Source: Giardia intestinalis (Eukaryota). From it: a stretch of 64,000 nucleotides of DNA. Position 1 is the first letter of the stretch; each line of letters begins with the position of its first letter. The position numbers were made by a program, and so were the translations under genes. Positions 50,579 to 58,127 of this stretch are shown in pieces. Under the pieces are notes generated by a model, which was not told the DNA's origin, ran no database searches, and saw nothing but the letters and a program-made list of their open reading frames with translations. The stretch lies in assembly GCA_000002435.2 (NCBI GenBank), contig CM018791.1; one strand, 5' to 3'.

Positions 50579-53005
50579 CTATCGCTTGGCGCTCCCTTGT
50601 GCCCGGCTTTTGGAGCGCTTCTTTGTGGGTTCATCGAAGACAGCCTGCAATGCAGGATTGTTAAGAGCAATTGCAATCGTCTGGGCAGTTCTGCCGTCTG
50701 CTAGCTGCAAGTCCTTTTCATAAGAAAAGAGCAGCTTTACCAAGGCGACATCTTCGAGAAACACTGCAATGTGTATCGCAGCAGTGCCGTCGTTTTTCTG
50801 AAAGCCGGCTTCTTTCTTCAATAGAAGCTTGGCAAGATCTACATTTCTATGCTGCACAGCCCCCATCAGAGCTGTGAAGCCGTTTGTGTCATGCTGGCCT
50901 GCCTCTTTATCACAAGCTCCCAAGACAAGGGCAGCGTCTTTTGCGTCAGCCATAGCGGCAAGAATAAGGGCCGTCTTGCCGTCCTTTCGCACTGACCCGG
51001 CCTCTGCTGTCAAAAGGACCTTGCACACCTCTACTGCATTTGCTTCTGCTGCATGCATGAGCGCAGTCATGCCAACTCGCTCCTTGGGCACAGAAGAGCT
51101 AAGCCCAACGCGCAGTCCCGACTCTGCAGCAAGGAGAAGAGCAGCGATACCAGATAGATTCTTCTTTGCGCAAAGCATAAGGGCTGTTTCTGAATCAGCA
51201 TTTCTAAAGCCCATCTGGCTCGGAAGATAGCTTTCGGCAGAGATTCGATCGCCTTCCAGAATAGCCAGCATTAACGACGTATTGCCTTGCTCATCTCTGG
51301 GAAGTGATCCCGACAGCATATTGACGCGTTCTCGTTCCTCGAGGGTCAGGGCCCCGCCTTTGATTCCCAGCTTAGGAAGAGAGCTCAGCCTCCCCGCAAC
51401 TGTTTTCCCGGTTACTATGGTTTGATCATGTTCTCGAAGTGCTAGCTCGCCAACTTGGTTACCAGCCAGCTCGGCATATTGGGATGCAGTCATCCCATAC
51501 GAGTCCTCAAGGTATGTCTCCTCCTCTGCAAGCAGATTGATGGCTACGCCGCAATCAAGTTGTGCAGCAAGCATAAGGGCGGTCTTTCCCAGCATAGATT
51601 GATATCTGGCTTCCTGAATATAAAGCATGCTCACGGCACGATATGCGCCGCTCTTAATGGCGATCATCAAGGCAGTTGAGCCTTCATTATCGGCAAGCCC
51701 TGCTTCGAGGGGAATGAGGGCTCGTATAGACAGCAAGGAGTCAGACGCTGCTGCATGCATTAGCGCCGTTCGCCCAGCCCTGTCGCGAAGGCGTCCCTCG
51801 CGCCGGATCAGTTCTTGAACGAGTTCAAGTTTGTCATAGGAAGATGCGTACATAAGTGCGCTTCGGCCAGTGCGGTCCTGGAGCCCTGCATCCGATTTCA
51901 ATAGAAGCTTAGCCATCGGTGTATTCTGATAGACTATGGCGTACATTAGGCTGGAGTAGCCGTTCGAGTCTGCTTTCCCTTTCCATGCCCCTAGCGCCTT
52001 CGTAAATGCAGTCTTGTTGCCGGCGGCAATTGCCTGGGAAAGGGGGCTATTAGATTCGGGAAGAAGTGGGGCCACAGAGCTGCCAACGGAACTAAAGGAC
52101 ATTGTGCTGTCTGCTAGCACTGTGTTGACACGAGAAAGGGTAGGATCTTTGCAGTCAGCGGTAGCCTCGTGATCCTCAGGGAGGGAATTATCGAAGTGCT
52201 CGAAGCGAGGGTGTCCGAGAAGAACAACAGCTCCTGGCCGTTGGAACGGGTCTTGTTCAAGCATGGCGCGAAGAACGGTCACTAAGTCGCGCGAGTACTG
52301 TGGCGGCAAGGTGACAGACACGGGTGTGAGGATACGCGCGACCATCTCTTCTTCGCTAGCCGCAGCAAAGAGTTGCTTTTGCACACATAGTTCATAAATT
52401 ATACAACCAAGAGCCCAAACGTCTGCCTTGGTAGTTATGGCCTGAGATTTCAGGACCTCGGGGGCTACGTATGGGGTGAGGGGTGAGTATGCGTCGCCCG
52501 TAAAGGGGGATCCACTTTCTCGAACGCTCCACAGTGACCGCAAAAGCCCAGCTCCATCTCTAGACACATAGACCGAGGTGGGTGAAATTGCACCGTGAAC
52601 AAGAACAGGCTTTGCCAAAGGGCTATGAAGATAGGCCAGTCCTTGAAGTGCGCCATATAAAATTTGCCATATATCATCCTCTGGAGTGTATGGTCGCGAG
52701 CCTGTGTGGGCCGTAAAGAGAGTGAAGAGAGAGAAATCCTGGACATGCTGGGAAAGAAGAAAGACAGACCTGCGCTGATTATCTGGCTGGACAAGAATGT
52801 ATTTTCCAAGGAAGGGCGAATCGAGGCGAGCGATCAGGGCAGGACAGGCGCGAAGCGAAGAGGCAGAAGGCGCAGGGGGAGGTCCAACAAAGACCTCCTC
52901 ACAAAGGCAGGAGACGCCATCGTGCCGGGCGGCCGTATAGAGCTTGCGAAGGACGCCGTCCTCGAGGGTCTGGAGGTACGTGTAGCCGGACGGCAGAACG
53001 GCCAT
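50579..53005 (-). CDS. NEK-like pseudokinase/ankyrin protein, right inverted-repeat copy. Its 808-aa translation is identical to 38733..41159.
   Basis: The ORF track gives an identical protein sequence. Confidence 0.85.
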   Translation of the reverse strand: MAVLPSGYTYLQTLEDGVLRKLYTAARHDGVSCLCEEVFVGPPPAPSASSLRACPALIARLDSPFLGKYILVQPDNQRRSVFLLSQHVQDFSLFTLFTAHTGSRPYTPEDDIWQILYGALQGLAYLHSPLAKPVLVHGAISPTSVYVSRDGAGLLRSLWSVRESGSPFTGDAYSPLTPYVAPEVLKSQAITTKADVWALGCIIYELCVQKQLFAAASEEEMVARILTPVSVTLPPQYSRDLVTVLRAMLEQDPFQRPGAVVLLGHPRFEHFDNSLPEDHEATADCKDPTLSRVNTVLADSTMSFSSVGSSVAPLLPESNSPLSQAIAAGNKTAFTKALGAWKGKADSNGYSSLMYAIVYQNTPMAKLLLKSDAGLQDRTGRSALMYASSYDKLELVQELIRREGRLRDRAGRTALMHAAASDSLLSIRALIPLEAGLADNEGSTALMIAIKSGAYRAVSMLYIQEARYQSMLGKTALMLAAQLDCGVAINLLAEEETYLEDSYGMTASQYAELAGNQVGELALREHDQTIVTGKTVAGRLSSLPKLGIKGGALTLEERERVNMLSGSLPRDEQGNTSLMLAILEGDRISAESYLPSQMGFRNADSETALMLCAKKNLSGIAALLLAAESGLRVGLSSSVPKERVGMTALMHAAEANAVEVCKVLLTAEAGSVRKDGKTALILAAMADAKDAALVLGACDKEAGQHDTNGFTALMGAVQHRNVDLAKLLLKKEAGFQKNDGTAAIHIAVFLEDVALVKLLFSYEKDLQLADGRTAQTIAIALNNPALQAVFDEPTKKRSKSRAQGSAKR

Positions 53006-53069
53006 TGATCAAATACCAACACACTGCTAGCAAAATTACAAGTCATTCTGATATTCTGCGTGCGGTCGC

Positions 53070-53142
53070 GCCGATGTAGCTCAGTCGGTAGAGCGCAGGA
53101 CTCTTAATCCTGTGGTCGCGGGTTCGAGCCCCGTCGTCGGTA
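53070..53142 (+). tRNA. tRNA-Lys (anticodon CTT), right inverted-repeat copy.
   Basis: gccgatgtagctcagtcggtagagcgcaggactcttaatcctgtggtcgcgggttcgagccccgtcgtcggta folds as a 73-nt cloverleaf. Acceptor stem 7 bp with G-U pairs, D-stem GCTC/GAGC, anticodon stem CAGGA/TCCTG, loop CTCTTAA, T-stem GCGGG/CCCGT. Confidence 0.8.
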
Positions 53143-53153
53143 CTTTCCCTGCT

Positions 53154-53798
53154 TTACTCGCCCACGCGCGCGTCGAGGCGCGCAAGGAGCACGGCGCCTG
53201 CTCCCCGGCTCAGGGCCCGCTTGAGCGCGGAGGAGGATACTTCGGAGGCACAGACGGTCGCGAGTACCGTCAGGAGCCCGAGCGCGGCCCGGCTGGTCTG
53301 CGGATACGCTGCCCTCTGGTCCGCCCAGAAGGTCACTAGTGCGTTCCAGCGGGCCGCGTTGCACGTCATGCCGCGAATTCTTTCCAGGCAACGCCGGTGC
53401 GCGTCTCCGCGTTCTCCGCCGCTGAAGCCCCGATACTCCGCGGTAAACCCGTCCCGGTCCACCCCTGGAACCGGGAATGGCTCCGGAGGCGCCGCTCCTC
53501 CCGCTGCCGGGGCACACACGGGGGACACCGTCAGCCGGAGAAGCGGAAGGCACTGCCGGTACGCCGACAAGCACGCATCGAGCTCGGCGACAAAGGCCTC
53601 CAGGGCGCCCGCAAGGGACCTCCTCTCCTCGTCAGGGAGTGCGGCCCCATCCCGAAGGCGCGCACCCAGCCGGGGGAGGCGGGTCCAGACCCCGGCCCGG
53701 AGCTCGGCGAGCACCGTCTGCAGCGCGTCCCGGAGCCCGCCCATCTCCAGCAGCGCGTGCCCCCTGTGTGCAATGGGCAACATCGTAAGGTGCAACAT
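53154..53798 (-). CDS. Truncated copy of the GC-rich C-terminal half of the 37379..38584 ORF. The frame reopens only 12 codons outside the repeat (MLHLTMLPIAHRG), so it is probably a non-functional remnant.
   Basis: Identical to the GC-rich segment from HALLEMGG to ...ARVGE. The N-terminal half found on the left side is absent here. Confidence 0.3.
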   Translation of the reverse strand: MLHLTMLPIAHRGHALLEMGGLRDALQTVLAELRAGVWTRLPRLGARLRDGAALPDEERRSLAGALEAFVAELDACLSAYRQCLPLLRLTVSPVCAPAAGGAAPPEPFPVPGVDRDGFTAEYRGFSGGERGDAHRRCLERIRGMTCNAARWNALVTFWADQRAAYPQTSRAALGLLTVLATVCASEVSSSALKRALSRGAGAVLLARLDARVGE

Positions 53799-53810
53799 AT
53801 CACCGTTTAC

Positions 53811-54527
53811 TTATGCACGAAGCGCTTGCCGCATTTCTTCAGTTAATCGACCAGTTCCCCGCGCTGTCTGAGCGAGAGCCATGCGGCCGTACTTCTCCAT
53901 TTCATAAGGAGCCAGCATCGCCACAGATCCTGCATGTCCACCATAGGATGCATGTACAAGCGCAGACCACCCATTTAGGTCTTTAAGAGTGCGTTCTTTC
54001 GACAGCAGCAATCGAACGCACTCTGTCCGCCCGTACCGTGCAGCCTGCATGAGCGCCGTTTCACCTTTAACGTCAAATATGGCACCTTCTAAGTCTCGAA
54101 GCTCCCGCACAGCCGCAGCCTGTCCATCTATGGCTGCCCGCATGAGAGCTGTTTGCAGGGACAAGGTCTGAATTCCTCCTTCTTTGGGCGCTAATAATTT
54201 GATGACAGGAACATGACCACGGGAAGCGGCGATCATCAAGGCAGATACGTTCCGCCAAGTGGCAGTGGAAAAGCGGTATGCAGGAACGACCTTCCGTGCT
54301 TCTGCAGGAATCAGCATCTCCACTATCGCCGAGTATCCCCGCTCCGCTGCATAGTGGATTGCGGCCATGCCATGCCTATTGACGCAGCCAGCCTCTTGAA
54401 GATGTTGTAGAACAGCTGCTGCGTTTCCCATCTGTGCAGCAGCTATTAGCGGTGTGTTGCCTTCATGGTCGCGATCAAGAGTCGCTAAGGAGTAGGCTGT
54501 GGTGCTTGAAAGTTGACTCAGAGGCAT
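53811..54527 (-). CDS. Ankyrin-repeat protein (21.1-like), 238 aa.
   Basis: Repeats NTPLIAAAQMGNAAAV, MAAIHYAAERGYSAIV, SALMIAASRGHVPVI, TALMRAAIDGQAAAV, TALMQAARYGRTECV, SALVHASYGGHAGSV. Confidence 0.65.
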   Translation of the reverse strand: MPLSQLSSTTAYSLATLDRDHEGNTPLIAAAQMGNAAAVLQHLQEAGCVNRHGMAAIHYAAERGYSAIVEMLIPAEARKVVPAYRFSTATWRNVSALMIAASRGHVPVIKLLAPKEGGIQTLSLQTALMRAAIDGQAAAVRELRDLEGAIFDVKGETALMQAARYGRTECVRLLLSKERTLKDLNGWSALVHASYGGHAGSVAMLAPYEMEKYGRMALAQTARGTGRLTEEMRQALRA

Positions 54528-54553
54528 TTATTTTTTAGCGGACAAAATTAGCG

Positions 54554-57500
54554 ATGCTTGCTGCTGAATTCCGCAAACTATACTGCCTATCAGAGCCCAT
54601 CGAAGTCAGTCCACATATACGCACATATGACGCCGTAAGAATAGACGGACCCGGGACTTTTACGTACTTAGAGCTTTGTTACGCTAAAGCCTTTCAAATC
54701 TCAGTGCTACCAACTCTCGATGCACTGGAGGATTTTCAAAGATTGAGGCATCCTAGTATTGTTCCGATTTTAGAGATAGTCTATGATCCTTCTTCAGGGA
54801 TCGTGGGGATTCTAGTGGAGCAGATCACTGATATGACTCTGCGAGACTTAATGGACGATTTTATAAGGCACAAACTGTCTCTCCCAGAAGAGCAGGTGTG
54901 GGACATTGTTGCTCAGGTCGTCAAGGCTATGCAATACTGTCATTTGGCGTATAAGCCCGGATCTCAAAATCTACGGCGTGTCATCCATCGGTGCCTTCAT
55001 CCTAACAATATCTTTGTTAGTGCGAGCGGCACTGTGCGTGTAGGATTTCCTGAACTCAGCTTCCTCTTGGGTTGCATTAAAGCATCTGATTTGTCACCTG
55101 GTATACAACGCTATTTAGCGCCAGAGGTTATTGCTGAACAAACTGTCTCTGATAAGTCCGACGTGTGGTCGATGGGCGTGATCTTCTATGAGCTTTGTAC
55201 TCTGACTCCCCTACTTCCACTTCTTCAAGGCAATGAACTTATTGACAATATTAATATTCTTCGCACGCATATTTCAGTGCCCGGATACTCCTTTGATATG
55301 TGCGATGTTATCAATGGGATGCTGTCCAGAGAACCCCTCCACCGCTTTTCTACATATGAGCTACTCCATCATGAACGGATTCAATCAGCTTTGTTGAGAC
55401 GTGGCCCTGTAGTCGCACAGACTCTACATCAGACTATAGAGCCGGACAAATCTGCCCTTGGGCTCACCGCTTACTCACTGTCCGAGGATGCCCCCAAGTC
55501 TAGCTCCGACAGTGTGGAAAAGAAAAAGGCGCATATCAATAGGCTACAAAATAGCAGATACAAGCCCGAGAAGTTTGACGCGGCAACACGTTTGTATTAT
55601 GGTGTAACCGACTCTGGGGATGATATCGATTTGTCCTACAGGGGAACAGATTCAGTAGTCACAGGAAAGCCATATTCACAGATTAATTTCGAACTTAAGC
55701 ATGGAGACACTATGGATAAATACAATAAAGTGCACACCAATGATTCTTCACAGACAAGAATGGAACACAATCCTTTTTCTGACTCATCTATTCAAACCAC
55801 GCTACCAAGGGATGGGACTAAAGAAATCGCCCCTCAATGTTGCACTTCTAGATCTAAATCCAGGTCAGGCTCTAGAGCATCAGGCCGATCTAAGTCGCGG
55901 AAGTCAGAGTCTCGCTCGCTGCGCAAATCCAATGCCAAAGCGGCTAGTGCATCGTCTGCAAAAGACCAGGCTCCTCCGGCTGAGCTTGAAAATATGATAG
56001 ATCAGTATGTTAGATCCACTCGGACCGAGATACCACGGTCTATTACTACAGACTCCAGCACTATTGCTAATACAATGACATCGGTGCTAGCCCAGAGCTT
56101 AACTGAAAATGCTAAAGATGAGAGCTTCCCGCTTCCCCCCACGATAACGAATTCAAGTTATAAGCCGGCCGCAAAGCTGGACTCTAACCTTAATCTCTGG
56201 GTTGATGACATAGTCGTGAACGTGCTCCAGAAAAAACACGGATACTATACTATGGATGATATCAAAAACCGGCTCTTTGAAATTGTTCCTGGAATGCAGT
56301 TGGAGCCAGGTGTGAGTGTCCATTCTCCCTCCGACCTAATTGCCATACAGATCCTTGCGGAAGAAGTAGAGCGTCGACTCGAGCCTTATAGAAGCCTGTT
56401 CCCGTCAGTGAATCCATCAGGGCAGCCAGTAACTGCTAGCTCAACTGCCAGGAGCATTAGTGATATGGTGGAAAATGAGAGCCAGCTGCCTCAAGAACTC
56501 CAAGCAGACAGGCGGGTTTTAAAATCCTCTCATCCAAAGGGCAGAAGTTCCAGTCATCTGGCCCCGCATGAGCGGATTAGGCAGAACATGTCTACACTGG
56601 GAACAGCGCACGCCGTTTCAACTCTTTTCCGTAAGGATACGAGTGCCTCTATGGAGGACGGTAACTCGTTGCAGAATACCTCAATGACTGAGTCCAGCCG
56701 GCCAAAGATGACTACGCTGGATGACTACAATGAGCAGAAGAGTATTTGCAATGCTATAAATGCAGATGGTTGGAGAGAAACCTGGTCTAACACGACGTAT
56801 TCACAACACGTTGTTCCACGCTCTGCAGAGGTAGAGTCTCTCGAGTACACTAGCCGTCCAATTGAGTACACAAATTTGATGAAAGCAGCTACACTGGGTG
56901 ATATCGATAAGGTGAAGCTCCTTATCTCTCTCGAGGCCAATATAACTACGCGCCATGGCGTGACTGCACTAATGTTTGCTGCGGCTGCTGGTCATCTGAG
57001 TGTCGTGGAAACCCTTCTCCCGTATGAGGCAAAAGGCGTCGACATGGATGGTCTTCCTGCTCTGTCGTATGCGGTCAAAGGAGGCCATGCTGAGATTAGC
57101 AGGGTCTTGGCGCCCATAGAAGCATGCATCATTGCCAAGAACGGACTCTCGCCGCTCATGATAGCGTGCGATTACAATCAGGTAGCAATAGCGTCCATTC
57201 TCAAAGAATACGGTGGACGGCTTTGCACATCGTCTGGAACGACAGCTCTGATGCGCGCCGCCCAGCGGAATAGCTACCCGCTCTGTAAAACCCTCTTTGA
57301 TGTCGAGGCTGCCATGCAAAACAACGCTGGAGAGACAGCCATGCTTATTGCTGCGAAGCAGAACTATGTACAGATAGTTGAGCTTCTTGCAAACAGAGAA
57401 AATAGAATACCGAATGCGCAGGGTACAACTGCTCTGATGATCGCAGCCTCAAAGAACTTCGTGGAGATTGTTCGGCTGCTTTATCGGATGGAGAGCGAAA

Positions 57501-57964
57501 TGAAAGACATCTACAATGAAACGGCACTGATGAAGGCAGCTAAGGCGGGCGCCTTGGATGCCGCAGCCCTCCTGTTGGAGGCAGAGGCAGGAATGGCACG
57601 CGAAGATGGCAAGACAGCAATGATGTGTGCAGCAGAAATGGATCGCATGGAAATGGTAGATCTGTTACTCAAAAAGGAGTGCAACAGAGCGATGAAGGAC
57701 GGAACCACTGCCCTAATGCTGGCTGCTCAGAAGGGGCACAGGCGCATTATTCAACTTTTGGCACGGTTCGAGGCGAAGAGGCAGCGGGTCTCCGGTGAAA
57801 CAGCTCTTATGCTTGCGATACGTCACCAAAACGTTGACGCTATAGAGGACTTGATAAATTATGAAGGCGATATCGACATGTACAACGGAACTACCGTAGA
57901 AGAGATTGCCAGGCTGACGGGGAATCCCACTGTCATCTGGGCTGTTGCTAGTAGGTTTTCTTAG
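54554..57964 (+). CDS. NEK-like kinase plus a Ser-rich linker plus about 10 C-terminal ankyrin repeats. It is a predicted pseudokinase.
   Basis: Kinase core with VIHRCLHPNNIFV (HRD to HRC, with N retained) and VGFPE in place of DFG; YLAPEV; DVWSMGVIFYELCTL. Ankyrin repeats TALMFAAAAGH, SPLMIACDYNQ, TALMRAAQRNS, TAMLIAAKQNY, TALMIAASKNF, TALMKAAKAG, TAMMCAAEMD, TALMLAAQKGH, TALMLAIRHQN. Confidence 0.8.
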   Translation: MLAAEFRKLYCLSEPIEVSPHIRTYDAVRIDGPGTFTYLELCYAKAFQISVLPTLDALEDFQRLRHPSIVPILEIVYDPSSGIVGILVEQITDMTLRDLMDDFIRHKLSLPEEQVWDIVAQVVKAMQYCHLAYKPGSQNLRRVIHRCLHPNNIFVSASGTVRVGFPELSFLLGCIKASDLSPGIQRYLAPEVIAEQTVSDKSDVWSMGVIFYELCTLTPLLPLLQGNELIDNINILRTHISVPGYSFDMCDVINGMLSREPLHRFSTYELLHHERIQSALLRRGPVVAQTLHQTIEPDKSALGLTAYSLSEDAPKSSSDSVEKKKAHINRLQNSRYKPEKFDAATRLYYGVTDSGDDIDLSYRGTDSVVTGKPYSQINFELKHGDTMDKYNKVHTNDSSQTRMEHNPFSDSSIQTTLPRDGTKEIAPQCCTSRSKSRSGSRASGRSKSRKSESRSLRKSNAKAASASSAKDQAPPAELENMIDQYVRSTRTEIPRSITTDSSTIANTMTSVLAQSLTENAKDESFPLPPTITNSSYKPAAKLDSNLNLWVDDIVVNVLQKKHGYYTMDDIKNRLFEIVPGMQLEPGVSVHSPSDLIAIQILAEEVERRLEPYRSLFPSVNPSGQPVTASSTARSISDMVENESQLPQELQADRRVLKSSHPKGRSSSHLAPHERIRQNMSTLGTAHAVSTLFRKDTSASMEDGNSLQNTSMTESSRPKMTTLDDYNEQKSICNAINADGWRETWSNTTYSQHVVPRSAEVESLEYTSRPIEYTNLMKAATLGDIDKVKLLISLEANITTRHGVTALMFAAAAGHLSVVETLLPYEAKGVDMDGLPALSYAVKGGHAEISRVLAPIEACIIAKNGLSPLMIACDYNQVAIASILKEYGGRLCTSSGTTALMRAAQRNSYPLCKTLFDVEAAMQNNAGETAMLIAAKQNYVQIVELLANRENRIPNAQGTTALMIAASKNFVEIVRLLYRMESEMKDIYNETALMKAAKAGALDAAALLLEAEAGMAREDGKTAMMCAAEMDRMEMVDLLLKKECNRAMKDGTTALMLAAQKGHRRIIQLLARFEAKRQRVSGETALMLAIRHQNVDAIEDLINYEGDIDMYNGTTVEEIARLTGNPTVIWAVASRFS

Positions 57965-58127
57965 TTGCACTCTTAACTTTTCATATACAGATGCATAACT
58001 GGCCCAATGGTTTGAGGCTACCAGATTGTAAATTCCTTGGATGCTAACCACTACGCCGGCAGCTTAAATGTACGTTTACGTATTTGTAATTAATTTATGT
58101 CACCCGTCCAAAGCAAGCAAAAAACCA

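Larger units (their letters stand above)
48768..53763. repeat. Right arm of the roughly 5.0 kb inverted repeat. It is the reverse complement of 37975..42969.
   Basis: Same evidence as the left arm. The ORF coordinate sums (38733+53005 = 41159+50579 = 91738) show strict colinearity, and the junction comparison shows at most 1 bp of indel across 5 kb. Confidence 0.9.
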
